This document shows, one piece after another, positions 29,061-38,852 of a DNA stretch of 64,000 nucleotides. Location: positions 1 to 64,000 of the forward strand of contig CALSNU010000002.1 of the NCBI GenBank assembly GCA_943787795.1. Reading direction: 5' to 3'. How positions within the stretch are numbered: position 1 is the first letter of the stretch; every line of letters begins with the position of its first letter. Source of the DNA: an uncultured bacterium (GTDB lineage Bacteria; Planctomycetota; UBA1135; GCA-002686595). The translations under genes and the position numbers were made by a program. The notes below the pieces were generated by a model. That model was not told the origin of the DNA. It did not search any database and saw only the letters and a list, made by a program, of their open reading frames with translations.

Positions 29061-30743
29061 ATGCAGACCTTCCTCGAAGAGATCCGCGCGGCCATCCAGG
29101 CCGAGACCGGGATCGAGAGCCCGAAGCTGGAGACGCCCCGCGACCTCGCCATGGGCGACGTCGCCTTCCCGTGCTTCGTGCTCGCCAAGGAGCGCAAGAC
29201 CGCCCCGCCCAAGATCGCGGCTGAGCTCGAGGCCGCGCTCAACGCGCGGATGGAGCGTGTGACCGCGAAGGCCACCGGCCCCTACCTCAACTTCACCATC
29301 GAACGCGCCGCCTTCGCGGAGACGGTGCTGACGGAGATCGCCGAGCAGGGCCCGTGCTACGGGACCTCGGCCGAGGGCGCCGGCCAGAAGGTCGTCATCG
29401 ACTTCTCCTCACCCAACATCGCCAAGCCCATGAGCGTGGGGCACCTGCGCTCCACCGTCATCGGCGCCGCCATCCAGCGGCTGCACGATGCGCTCGGCTA
29501 CAAGACCGTGGGCATCAACCACATCGGCGACTGGGGCAGCCAGTTCGGCAAGCTCGTGGCAGCGGTCAACCGCTACGGCGACACCGTGGATCTCGACGGC
29601 GACCCCATCCCCGCTCTCCTCGCCCTCTACGTGCGATACCACGAGGAAGAGGGCAGCGACCCCACGCTCGTCGAGGAGGCCCGGGAGGCGTTCCGCGAGC
29701 TGGAGAGCGGCGTCGACGGCCCCGTCCGCCAGACGTGGAAGAAGCTCACCGAGCTGTCGCTGGAGGAGTTCGGGAAGATCTACACCCGCCTCGGGGTCAG
29801 CTTCGACCTCATCCGCGGTGAGGCGTTCTACGAGCCGCACCTCGACGAGACCGTGGACCGCGTGGTCGCGTCCGGGGTCACCGAGGAGTCCGAGGGTGCG
29901 TTGGTCGTGGACCTCTCGTCCTTCGGCAAGATCCCACCCTGCCTGCTGCGCAAGACGGACGGTACGACCCTCTATGCGACCCGGGACCTCGCGGCCGTCT
30001 TCCACCGCTGGGAGGAGTTCCAGTTCACCCGCGCCCTCTACGTGGTGGGCGGGGACCAGCGCCTGCACTTCCGCCAGCTCAAGCATGTGCTCGAGCGGAT
30101 GGGGCTCGACTGGGAGCCGCGGGTGGAGCACGTGAGCTTCGGCATGATGCGTCTCCCCGAGGGCAAGATGAGCACCCGCAAGGGCCGCGTCGTCTTCCTC
30201 GAAGACGTGCTGGATGCTGCCGCGACCGAGGCCGCCAAGGTCATCGCAGAGAAGAACCCCGACCTCGCCGAGCAGGCCGCCATCGCCGAGACCGTCGGCG
30301 TCGGCGCGGTGGTCTTCAACGACCTGAAGCGAGAGCGGGTCAAGGACATCGACTTCCGCCTGGAGGAGGTGCTCAGCTTCGAGGGCGATACGGGGCCCTA
30401 CGTGCAGTACACGCACGCGCGCCTGGCCTCCATCGAGCGCAAGGCCGGCGTGGTCGAGGCCGCCCCGGACTGGAGCGTCCTGGAGAGCGCGGCGGGCCTC
30501 CTCGGCCAGATGGGTCGCTTCCCTGACGTCATCCGCTCGGCCGCGCAGAACGCCGAGCCCTCCGAGCTCACGACCTTCGTGCTCTCCCTCGCCCGGGAGG
30601 TCAACTCCTGGGCCGCCAAGGAGCGCGTCCTCGGGCAGGAGCCCGCGGTGACCGCCGCCCGCCTCGCGCTGGTGCGCGGGGCACGGCAGGTGCTCGGCAG
30701 CAGCCTGGCCCTCCTCGGTGTGGGCGCGCCCCCCGAGATGTGA
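29061..30743 (+). CDS. argS: Arginine--tRNA ligase
   Basis: 'DFSSPNIAKPMSVGHLRST', 'GDWGSQFG', 'KMSTRKG', 'GPYVQYTHAR', C-terminal M. Confidence 0.96.
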   Translation: MQTFLEEIRAAIQAETGIESPKLETPRDLAMGDVAFPCFVLAKERKTAPPKIAAELEAALNARMERVTAKATGPYLNFTIERAAFAETVLTEIAEQGPCYGTSAEGAGQKVVIDFSSPNIAKPMSVGHLRSTVIGAAIQRLHDALGYKTVGINHIGDWGSQFGKLVAAVNRYGDTVDLDGDPIPALLALYVRYHEEEGSDPTLVEEAREAFRELESGVDGPVRQTWKKLTELSLEEFGKIYTRLGVSFDLIRGEAFYEPHLDETVDRVVASGVTEESEGALVVDLSSFGKIPPCLLRKTDGTTLYATRDLAAVFHRWEEFQFTRALYVVGGDQRLHFRQLKHVLERMGLDWEPRVEHVSFGMMRLPEGKMSTRKGRVVFLEDVLDAAATEAAKVIAEKNPDLAEQAAIAETVGVGAVVFNDLKRERVKDIDFRLEEVLSFEGDTGPYVQYTHARLASIERKAGVVEAAPDWSVLESAAGLLGQMGRFPDVIRSAAQNAEPSELTTFVLSLAREVNSWAAKERVLGQEPAVTAARLALVRGARQVLGSSLALLGVGAPPEM

Positions 30744-30775
30744 ACCGGCGACCGCGCCGCCGCGGCGCGGGGTGA

Positions 30776-30821
30776 GTGAAAACGAAGGAGGGGCAGCGCT
30801 GCACGCGCCGCCCCTCCTTCG
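30776..30821 (-). terminator. Intrinsic terminator between convergent argS and fliA-type genes
   Basis: 12-bp stem CGAAGGAGGGGC / GCCCCTCCTTCG, followed by TTTT on the minus strand. Confidence 0.75.
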
Positions 30822-30849
30822 CATTACGCCAGCGAGCGCCGGCGGCCGC

Positions 30850-31767
30850 TCACATGAGCATGGTGTTCTGCTTCTGACCGAACAGGCTCTTCAGCCGGCT
30901 CATCACGTTGGAGTGGATCTGGCAGACCCGGCTCTCGGTCAGCTCCAGCATCTCGCCGATCTCACGCATGGTGTGGCCGACCTGATAGTACTGCTCGATG
31001 ATGAAGCGCTCCTTCTGGGTCAGGGACCGGGTGAGGAAGCCCATCATGTCGTCGCGGTTCAGCACGCCGAGCGGGTCGATGGACTTCTTGTCCTCGAGCA
31101 CGTCGACCTTCTCCATGGAGCTGTCGTCGTCGCGGTCCTCCCACTTGTCGGAGAGGGAGTACATGGCCTTGGCGCTGGCGCCTTGGATCTCCTTGGCGAG
31201 CTCCTGATGGTCCATCTCCAGCTCCCGCGCCAGCTCGGAGTGGGTTGGCTCACGGCCATAGAGGCCGGTCAAGCGCTGCAGGGCCTTGTCGATCCGGCTC
31301 GCCTTGAGGCGCACGAGGCGCGGCACCCAGTCCTGGCTGCGCAGCTGATCGAGGATCGAGCCGCGGATCCGGGTCGTGCAGTAGGTCTTGAACTTGATCC
31401 CGCGGCTGGGGTCGAAGCCGCGAATGGCGTCCATCAGGCCGAAGAGCCCGGCGCTCACGAGGTCGTCGAGCTCGATGGACTTGGGCAGCGTCTGGAGCAG
31501 GCGCTCCGCGATGTACTTGACGAGCGGGAAGTGCCGCTCCATCAGGACATTCCGAACGCGCTCGAGCTGCTGGACGTCCTTCTTGTTTCGAGCGACCTGG
31601 TAGTGCTGCCAGATCTCCTCCGTCGGGAGCTCTTCGACCGGAAGCGCGGGCGACGACTTGCGAGCCGCCTTCTTCCGCGTCGTGGTCCGCTTGCGCGCGG
31701 GTGCCGCGGCGACGGGCGCTGCCTTGCGGGCGGTCGTCGCCTTGGATGTGGGTTTCTTCGCGGTCAT
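30850..31767 (-). CDS. fliA: FliA/WhiG family RNA polymerase sigma factor
   Basis: 'DDLVSAGLFGLMDAI', 'KFKTYCTTRIRGSILDQLRSQDWVPR', 'TMREIG..LELTESRVCQIH'. Confidence 0.9.
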   Translation of the reverse strand: MTAKKPTSKATTARKAAPVAAAPARKRTTTRKKAARKSSPALPVEELPTEEIWQHYQVARNKKDVQQLERVRNVLMERHFPLVKYIAERLLQTLPKSIELDDLVSAGLFGLMDAIRGFDPSRGIKFKTYCTTRIRGSILDQLRSQDWVPRLVRLKASRIDKALQRLTGLYGREPTHSELARELEMDHQELAKEIQGASAKAMYSLSDKWEDRDDDSSMEKVDVLEDKKSIDPLGVLNRDDMMGFLTRSLTQKERFIIEQYYQVGHTMREIGEMLELTESRVCQIHSNVMSRLKSLFGQKQNTMLM

Positions 31768-31795
31768 GGGCGTTGCGCTGGGCGCGGGGCTCCGG

Positions 31796-32305
31796 TCAGT
31801 CGACCTTCAGAAGCGAGTGAGAGGGCGCGTCCAGGCGAGCGCGTCCGTTGAGGAACAGCAGCTCGATCACAAAGACGCAGGCGACCGGGTCCCCGCCGAT
31901 CTTGCGGATGAGGCTGAGGCCAGCCTCCATCGTCCCGCCGGTGGCCAGGAGGTCGTCGACCATCAGCACGCGCTCACCGGGCGACACGGCGTCCGTGTGC
32001 ACCTCGATGGTGTCGGTGCCGTATTCGAGTTCGTACGACTCCGTGGCCGTCTTGGAAGGGAGCTTGCCCGGCTTGCGGATGGGGATGAAGCCCTTCCCCA
32101 GGGCGTGAGCCAGAGCCGTCCCGAAGATGAAGCCCCTGGACTCGATGCCGCAGATCACGTCGTAGGACGAGGGGTCCACGAGGCTCGCGAGCCCGTCGAT
32201 CGAGGCCTTCAGACCCTCCGCGCTCTGGAGGAGCGGGGTGATGTCCTTGAAGAGGATGCCTGGCTTGGGGAAGTCAGGGACGTCGCGGATGAACTGTTCG
32301 ATCAC
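31796..32305 (-). CDS. apt: Adenine phosphoribosyltransferase
   Basis: 'PDFPKPGILFKDITPLL', 'ESRGF', 'RKPGKLP', 'VDDLLATGGT'. Confidence 0.97.
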   Translation of the reverse strand: MIEQFIRDVPDFPKPGILFKDITPLLQSAEGLKASIDGLASLVDPSSYDVICGIESRGFIFGTALAHALGKGFIPIRKPGKLPSKTATESYELEYGTDTIEVHTDAVSPGERVLMVDDLLATGGTMEAGLSLIRKIGGDPVACVFVIELLFLNGRARLDAPSHSLLKVD

Positions 32306-32563
32306 GGTGAAGCTCCGCGGCGCGGTCCCCGAAGGAGACGGCGGCGCGTAGACGTCTTCGGCGGACCGGGGGATCGACTTGAACCACGACCTCTACATTT
32401 CCACGCGTCGGCTCAAGTTGCGGGAATCCGGGGGCGCCTCCACCGGAAGATGTCGCGCAAACCGACAGTTCCGCACCCACAGAGAGCCCCGTTGCAAGCT
32501 CCTAGGGTCGGCCATGGAACGGGTCCCGCGACCCGAACGGCTCAAGAGGAAGGCCGACGCCGG

Positions 32564-33958
32564 CTAGCGGTCTCGGAGCTGGCGGCGCAGCTTCGCCCGC
32601 TCGAGGCGGGTGTCCCTGCCGTTGATGCTCGCCAGCTCGAAGAGCTTCAGCGCACGCCCTGGATCCGCGTCCACGCCCCGCCCCTCCAGCACGAGCTCCC
32701 CCAGCCGAAAGAGCACGTCCCCGTCCTCCTCCTCGGCGATGCAGGACTCCAGCACCCGGACGGCCTCCGCCTCGTCGCGCTCGATATCCGGCGCGCCCTC
32801 GAGGTATCGATCACAGAGCCAGAGGGCGGCGTGGGCGTTCCCACGGCCCGCGGAGCTCCTCACCAGGGTCAGCCCGCGCTCCACGTCGCGCTCAACCCCT
32901 TCGCCCTCCATGGTGGCGAAGCCGACGTTCGCGACGGCGTACGGGTCGCCGAACTCCATGGCCTGGCGGTAGTACTCCATGGCGCGCGCCCGGTCCTCAT
33001 CCACGAACTTGCCGTACCAGTACAGCACGCCCAGGTACGTGATAGCCGACGCGTGGCCGCGCTCGGCGGCCTTGCGCATCCACTTCAGCCCCGCCTCCTG
33101 GTCCTGCTCCAGGCCAGGCCCGTCGAGGAGCCTGTCGGCGAGGTCGTGGGCCACCTCGCTGTTGGTCTCGGCGAGCTGCTCGAGGAGCTGCAGGCCCGCC
33201 TCCGCGTCGGGCTCGCAGCCGGTGCCGTCCACCATCGCGAAGGCCAGCCAGATCTCTGACCCCGTGTGGCCGAGGGAGGCGGCTCGCTCACGGAACTCGT
33301 AGGCACGGACCTCGTCCTCGCGGACGCCCTCGCCGTTCTGATAGCAGATGGCGAGGTTGGCGATGGCGGTGGGGTCCTCGTCGGCGGCCGCGGCGCGGTA
33401 CCAGCGCAGCATCTCCGAGAGGTCCTGGGGGACGCCCTCACCGAAGCGGTGACGGTAGCCGAGGGTGACCATGGCCGAGGTGTCGCCCCCGTCGGCCGCG
33501 AGCCGCAGCCAGCGCAGCGCGGCCTCGTCGTCGGCGAGCTCCTCCTCGAAGAGCTCCCCGAGGAGCCCGGCGCACGCCGCGTCCTCATGGCTCTCCCAAC
33601 CCTCCTCGAGGATCTGGACCGCGCGAGCCACGTCACGGACCTGGCTGTCGGCAGCGCTCAGGAGCTGGCCGAGGTCGAGGTGCACGTCGTCACTGCCCGC
33701 ATCGAAAGCACGTTCGTACCAGCGCAGCGCCGCGTCCTCATCAATGTCGACCCCGAGGCCGCCGTGGTAGCAGCGGCCCAGCGCCGCCATGGCCTCCACG
33801 TGCCCCTCGCCCGCCGCTCGCTCAAGCCAGCGGAAGGCGGTGGAGGCGCTCTCAGGAACACCGAGCCCATCGGAGTACCTGAGCGCCAGATCGAACTGGG
33901 CGTCCAGGTCCCCCTTGCGGGCCCTTGTACGGAGGATCTCGACTTCGAGGTCAGCCAT
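32564..33958 (-). CDS. Sel1-like repeat protein
   Basis: Many 'AxxxLGxxYxxGxGVxxDxxxAxxWYxxAA' repeats; alternative start at 33976. Confidence 0.9.
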   Translation of the reverse strand: MADLEVEILRTRARKGDLDAQFDLALRYSDGLGVPESASTAFRWLERAAGEGHVEAMAALGRCYHGGLGVDIDEDAALRWYERAFDAGSDDVHLDLGQLLSAADSQVRDVARAVQILEEGWESHEDAACAGLLGELFEEELADDEAALRWLRLAADGGDTSAMVTLGYRHRFGEGVPQDLSEMLRWYRAAAADEDPTAIANLAICYQNGEGVREDEVRAYEFRERAASLGHTGSEIWLAFAMVDGTGCEPDAEAGLQLLEQLAETNSEVAHDLADRLLDGPGLEQDQEAGLKWMRKAAERGHASAITYLGVLYWYGKFVDEDRARAMEYYRQAMEFGDPYAVANVGFATMEGEGVERDVERGLTLVRSSAGRGNAHAALWLCDRYLEGAPDIERDEAEAVRVLESCIAEEEDGDVLFRLGELVLEGRGVDADPGRALKLFELASINGRDTRLERAKLRRQLRDR

Positions 33959-34105
33959 GCCATCGCGGCCCGTCATTCGTCCCGGAGCCCGTCGGGGGCT
34001 TCAGGGGCGGGGGCCGCTGGCCGATATCGTAGGGACCTGGGGCCACGGATGTGGTGGATCCGGCGGTCTTGCTCCCGCCGGGGCCTCGGGGCACGCCGCA
34101 GACCC

Positions 34106-34387
34106 ATGCCGACGCCCAGCTCACCCGATGACCGATCAGGCCCCCGCAGACCGCCGTCTGCCGGGCTCCAGCCGTGCCAGGGCTGCGTGCACCTGTATTC
34201 CACCTGGCGCCCGGAGCGCCCCCGGGGCTGCCGCGCCTATGGGTTCGAGTCGGCCGCTTGGCCCGCCGCCGTGGTCGAGCAATCCTCGGGACACGGCTGC
34301 ACGCTCTTCGAGTCGCGCAACGGAGGCCGGGAGCCGTCCTCCGAGCGGCGCCACCGGGGCACCCATGAGGGCGGCCTCTACGGATGA
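34106..34387 (+). CDS. Small Cys-rich protein (CxxCxH...GC.AYGF.S...SG..C)
   Basis: C-terminal part of ORF 33266-34387 starting at ATG 34106; four spaced Cys residues. Confidence 0.6.
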   Translation: MPTPSSPDDRSGPRRPPSAGLQPCQGCVHLYSTWRPERPRGCRAYGFESAAWPAAVVEQSSGHGCTLFESRNGGREPSSERRHRGTHEGGLYG

Positions 34388-34443
34388 CCACCATCGGCCC
34401 TCGGCGTTAGATCCAAGGGCTCCCGAGCACTAGTCTCTTCGCC

Positions 34444-35445
34444 ATGGACAACGACACCCTGACCGCGGGCCACAACCTCACGTCGCTGCAGACGTTCCTG
34501 ATCTCGGAGCGCTCGAAGTACCCCCACGCCACGGGCCGGTACACCATGGTCCTCTCGGCGCTCTCGCTCGCGGGCAAGTTCATCGCTGCGCGCTGCCGCC
34601 GGGCCCGCCTCGAGGACGTCCTCGGCAGCATGGGCGCGGACAACATCCAGGGTGAGGCCCAGCAGAAGCTCGACGTGATCGCCAACGAGGCGCTCATTCG
34701 CTCCCTCGGATCTCGGCCAGGCGTCGCCGTCGTCGCCTCCGAGGAGGACGAGAACCCCATCATCCTCAGCAACGACACCTCGGGCGAGCGGCCCTACGTC
34801 GTGCTCTTCGACCCCCTCGACGGCTCGAGCAACCTGGACGTCTGCGGCAGCGTCGGGACGATCTTCAGCATCCTGCTCCACGACCGCCGCGCCGCAGAGG
34901 TCGAGGAGAGCGCCCTCCAGCCCGGCCTCCGCCAGGTCGGCGCCGGCTACGTCCTCTACGGCCCGTCCACCGTGCTCGTCCTCAGCACGGGCACGGGCGT
35001 GCAGATGTTCGTCCTCGACCCGGCCATCGGCTCGTTCCTGCTCGTCGACGACGACGTACGCATCCCGGAGGCGGGCAAGTCGTACTCCATGAACACGGCC
35101 AACCTGGCCTCATGCCCGGAGGGCTATCAGCGCTACGTGGAATGGGCCAACGGCGACGGCTACTCCATGCGCTACGCCGGCGCCATGGTGGCCGACGTGC
35201 ACCGCATCCTCATGAAGGGCGGCGTCTTCCTCTACCCGCCCACCGCCAGCTCCCCAAGCGGCAAGCTGCGCCTCATGTACGAGTGCAACCCCATGGCCAT
35301 GCTCATCGAGCAGGCCGGCGGCAAGTCCTACTCGGGCACCCAGCGCACCATGGAGATCCAGCCCGACGCCCTGCATCAGCGGGTCCCCGTCGTGCTCGGC
35401 AGCCCGGACGAGGTCGACCACGTCCTGCGGCACATCTCCAGCTGA
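34444..35445 (+). CDS. fbp: Class 1 fructose-1,6-bisphosphatase
   Basis: 'QQKLDV', 'SEE', 'FDPLDGSSN', 'RYAGAMVADVHR', 'GKLRLMYECNP'. Confidence 0.96.
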   Translation: MDNDTLTAGHNLTSLQTFLISERSKYPHATGRYTMVLSALSLAGKFIAARCRRARLEDVLGSMGADNIQGEAQQKLDVIANEALIRSLGSRPGVAVVASEEDENPIILSNDTSGERPYVVLFDPLDGSSNLDVCGSVGTIFSILLHDRRAAEVEESALQPGLRQVGAGYVLYGPSTVLVLSTGTGVQMFVLDPAIGSFLLVDDDVRIPEAGKSYSMNTANLASCPEGYQRYVEWANGDGYSMRYAGAMVADVHRILMKGGVFLYPPTASSPSGKLRLMYECNPMAMLIEQAGGKSYSGTQRTMEIQPDALHQRVPVVLGSPDEVDHVLRHISS

Positions 35446-35484
35446 CGGCGACTCGCCCACCCCAAAGGGAGCGCCAGCTCGAGG

Positions 35485-36777
35485 TCAGGGGAACGTCGGC
35501 ATCAGCGCAAGCAGACGGTCCTTGATCCCGGTCGTCGTGGGACCCGGCTGGCTCGCGAGGAGGTCGACGAGCTCGAAGGGATCGGAGGCCAGGTCATAGA
35601 GCTCGAATTGCTGCGATCCCATCCGGTGGATGAGCTTCCAGCGTTGCGTCCGGAGAGCTCGAACATTCGGTCCGGGGAGACCGGGGAAGGGAAACTTGTG
35701 CACGAAGAGGGCCTCGCGCTCGCCGCTCTGCTGTGGGTCGGCGAGCTGGGCTGCGAAGCTGACCGAGTCCTCGGCGCCCTGGCCAGGCGGACCGAGCCCG
35801 CTCAGCTCGCGAACCGTGGCGAAGAGGTCCGTCACGTGGACGAGCTCGGCGCACTCTGCTCCTCGGGCCACCCCGGGCCCGGCCACGATCAGCGGGACCC
35901 TCACGCCCCCCTCGTACACGCTCCCCTTGGCCTGATTGAACTGAAACGGGGGCAGCACAGCCTCCCCTGGAGAGCCGTTGTCCCCCATCACGAAGACGTA
36001 GGTCCGCTCGAGGTCGACGAATTCCAAGAGCCGGCCGACGACGGTGTCGATGGACTCGCTCATGGCCCCGTGCTGACCCCAGGTCGTCAACGGGTGCCCC
36101 CGCGTATGAAGGGACTGCGGCGGCACGTGGTAGGGCGAGTGCGCCATCTTCGGGCAGTAGTACACGAAGAATGGTTCGGGAACGCGGCGGAGGGTCTCCA
36201 CCGCCTGGCCCGCCAGCTCTGTGGGGAAGTAGCCGGTCTGTGGAACGAGGGTCCCGTTGATGTTCCAGTTCCAGCACCGATAGTCGTTCGGTCCGAGGTA
36301 GCCCGAGACCGCGTCGAAGCCGCTGTCGAGTGGATGGGTGTCCGGGTCACCGAGATCCCGCAGATGCCACTTCCCCAGGGCCACGCTGGTGTAGCCAGGG
36401 AGCGCCTCGGGAAGCGTCGTCTCCGAGAGGGCCAGAGGCGAGTACACGCCGTCACCTTGGCGAATCACCGAGCCGATCCCCGTCCGGTCCGCATGCCGCC
36501 CGGTGAGCAGCGCCGCCCGCGTTGGGCTGCATGCGTGATATGCCCACGCGTTTCGGAAGAGCACCCCGCGCGCGGCCAGCGCGTCAAGGTTCGGCGTCGG
36601 CGGCGCGCTGGCGCCCTCCCCGTAGACCTGCACCTTGTCCCGCCCCACGTCGTCGAGGAGGACGATCAGGATGTTCGGAGGAGCAGGACCGCCGCCCTGC
36701 GCGAGGGCAGCGCAGAGGAGGGAAGAGAACCACATGGAAGGCGCTGGCAGGAGGCGGCGTACCGCACTCTTGAGCAT
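35485..36777 (-). CDS. Sulfatase (formylglycine-dependent)
   Basis: 'NILIVLLDD', 'CSPTRAALLTG', 'GKWH', 'DNG', 'KGSVYEGGVRVP'; start may be 36735. Confidence 0.9.
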   Translation of the reverse strand: MLKSAVRRLLPAPSMWFSSLLCAALAQGGGPAPPNILIVLLDDVGRDKVQVYGEGASAPPTPNLDALAARGVLFRNAWAYHACSPTRAALLTGRHADRTGIGSVIRQGDGVYSPLALSETTLPEALPGYTSVALGKWHLRDLGDPDTHPLDSGFDAVSGYLGPNDYRCWNWNINGTLVPQTGYFPTELAGQAVETLRRVPEPFFVYYCPKMAHSPYHVPPQSLHTRGHPLTTWGQHGAMSESIDTVVGRLLEFVDLERTYVFVMGDNGSPGEAVLPPFQFNQAKGSVYEGGVRVPLIVAGPGVARGAECAELVHVTDLFATVRELSGLGPPGQGAEDSVSFAAQLADPQQSGEREALFVHKFPFPGLPGPNVRALRTQRWKLIHRMGSQQFELYDLASDPFELVDLLASQPGPTTTGIKDRLLALMPTFP

Positions 36778-37199
36778 ACGGCACCCGCAAGAACCCGTCG
36801 GTGCCCCCCCGCGCCCGGCGACGAGAGGCCGGGTTTGGCCTGCCGGCGGGCACCATCCTCGAAGTGAGCTCCTCGAAGGGCCTGAGGCACACCCCGGTCG
36901 CTCGAGTCAATCTCGGGGCTTCTGAGCGGCTTCAGCAGGACCGTACAGGCGCCGGTCCGAACCCGCACGACCATGGGCTGCCGTACCGCACGCCGGCTCG
37001 GCCTCTCCGGCGGAAGCGTCCGCAACCGACGCCGCGAGCTTTGCGGTGGACGCCGAGCGATGGCTCAGCCTCGACGGCGGCTGGCGAGCCTCACTGGCCG
37101 GCGAGAGGCCCTGGCCGCTGGTGTCACCGAAGGTGCTCGACGGGTGGCAGCAGAGCGACGACTCGCTCCGCCGCCGGGAGGCCTCGCCGCGGAGCGGCC

Positions 37200-38852
37200 C
37201 TAGCGGCGTAGGTCTCGCAGCACGCGGAGCTCCGGGTCCACCTCGACCTCGGCCTCCCCCACCTCGACGGTCGCGCGGCCGTCCTCCATGGGCACGCGCC
37301 GCGCCTCGCCGTCGACCATGACCTCGACGGGCATGGGGAACGGCAGCCCGTCCGGCGCCTCCCAGCGCAGGCTGAGCGTCCCGCCGTCGTGCTCTACCGC
37401 CAGCACCGGCAGGGGGCCGCGCCGCAGGTAGACCTCGAAGAACCACCCGAGCTTGCGCCCGGAGACCTCCTCGGCGATGGCGAGCAGCTCGCCCGTGTCG
37501 CTGAAGCGGACCGCCGAGCCGTCGGTGGTCTTCTCGAGCTCGGGGTCAGGATAGGCCCAGCGCCGCAGCACCTTGAAGAAGGTCTCGTCTCCGAGGAGCC
37601 AGCGCAGGGAGTGACAGACCCAGGAGCCCTTGAAGTAGATGTCGCCGCCCGGGGCGTCGCTGCCGGTCTTGGAGAAGTAGATCGAGTCGCTGGTGCGCGG
37701 CGGCGCGGGCGCCACGGGCGCGTTGTTCATGACGCGCAGCAGGTCGATCTTCATCTTCTTCTGGTACGCCTTGCGGCCGAAGCGCTCCTCCAGGTACAGC
37801 GGCTGCATGTACGTGCCGATCCCCTCGTGGATCCAGAAGTCGGCCCAGTCCCGCGCGGTCACGAGGTTCGCCCACCACTCGTGCGCCAGCTCATGGTGGT
37901 GCAGCCAGTCGTAGTCGAAGTTCGGGTCGCCGCGGTACTTGTTGCCGTAGGCGATGATCGACTGGTGCTCCATCCCCAGGTGCGGGGTCTCCACGACCCC
38001 GTACTTGTCCCCGCGGAACGGGTACGGCCCGCACACGCGCTCGAAGAAGCGCAGGTGCTCGAGGATCTCTGCCATGAAGGCCTCGCCCTTCTCCTTGTTC
38101 TCCGGCAGGACCCAGAAGATCACGGGGAAGGTGTCCCCCGCCACGCTCTCCAGGGAGCTCACGAGCTCCAAGTAGGGCGCGGCGTTGAAGGCCACGGTGT
38201 AGTTGGCGATGGGCGTCGAGACCCGCCACTGCGAGGTCGTCTTGCCGTCGAGGGTCGAGCTCCCGATGCGCCGACCATTCGTCGCGACCACGAGCCCCTC
38301 GGGCACCGTGAAGGAGAGGTCCATGGACTCCGGCTTGTCCGAGGGGTGGTCCTTGCACGGCCACCACAGGTCCGCGCCCTCGCCCTGGCAGCTGGTGGCG
38401 ATCCACGGCTGACCGTTCGCCTCCGACCAGGTGAAGCCGCCCTCCCAGGGCGGACGCTCCGCCTCGTGTGGGACCCCGCCATACTCGACGACGATCTTGA
38501 ACTCCACCCCCTCCACGTCCGTGAACGCGGAGGACCCGATCCAGATCTCGCCCCCCGTGCGTTGGAAGGCGAGGGGGAGGAGCTCGCCCTTGCCCTCCAG
38601 GACTCGGCCTCCGAGGACGCGCGAGACCTGGAGGCTCGGGTCGAGCTGAAGCACGACCTCACGCGTCGCGTCCAGCAGCCGCGCCGTCATGCTCAGTGAC
38701 CCCTGGATCGACTTCGACTCGGGGACCACCTCCAGCTCCAACCCGTAGTGGAGCACGTCGAAGGCCGCCTGCTCCTCCATGAGCTCGCCGCCCGATGTGT
38801 TCGGAGGGGCTTGCTGAGGCGAGAGGGCGGCGGCGAGCAGCAGTGCGATCAT
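37200..38852 (-). CDS. M1 family zinc aminopeptidase, secreted
   Basis: 'GMEHQ', 'HELAHEWW', 'WIHEG', 'YFKG'. Confidence 0.92.
   Translation of the reverse strand: MIALLLAAALSPQQAPPNTSGGELMEEQAAFDVLHYGLELEVVPESKSIQGSLSMTARLLDATREVVLQLDPSLQVSRVLGGRVLEGKGELLPLAFQRTGGEIWIGSSAFTDVEGVEFKIVVEYGGVPHEAERPPWEGGFTWSEANGQPWIATSCQGEGADLWWPCKDHPSDKPESMDLSFTVPEGLVVATNGRRIGSSTLDGKTTSQWRVSTPIANYTVAFNAAPYLELVSSLESVAGDTFPVIFWVLPENKEKGEAFMAEILEHLRFFERVCGPYPFRGDKYGVVETPHLGMEHQSIIAYGNKYRGDPNFDYDWLHHHELAHEWWANLVTARDWADFWIHEGIGTYMQPLYLEERFGRKAYQKKMKIDLLRVMNNAPVAPAPPRTSDSIYFSKTGSDAPGGDIYFKGSWVCHSLRWLLGDETFFKVLRRWAYPDPELEKTTDGSAVRFSDTGELLAIAEEVSGRKLGWFFEVYLRRGPLPVLAVEHDGGTLSLRWEAPDGLPFPMPVEVMVDGEARRVPMEDGRATVEVGEAEVEVDPELRVLRDLRR

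Noticed and set aside
29410..29460. ArgS HIGH motif reads SVGH
   Set aside because: S-for-H variants are common in arginyl-tRNA synthetases; the rest of the protein is intact
32306..32563. Possible purine-related leader RNA or small ORF upstream of apt
   Set aside because: No recognisable riboswitch consensus, and the 62-68 aa ORFs lack supporting features
36778..37199. ~420-bp intergenic region with CACCGAAGGTG, reminiscent of a glycine riboswitch
   Set aside because: The other conserved riboswitch elements are missing and the motif is on the opposite strand to the flanking genes; the short ORFs here are low-complexity
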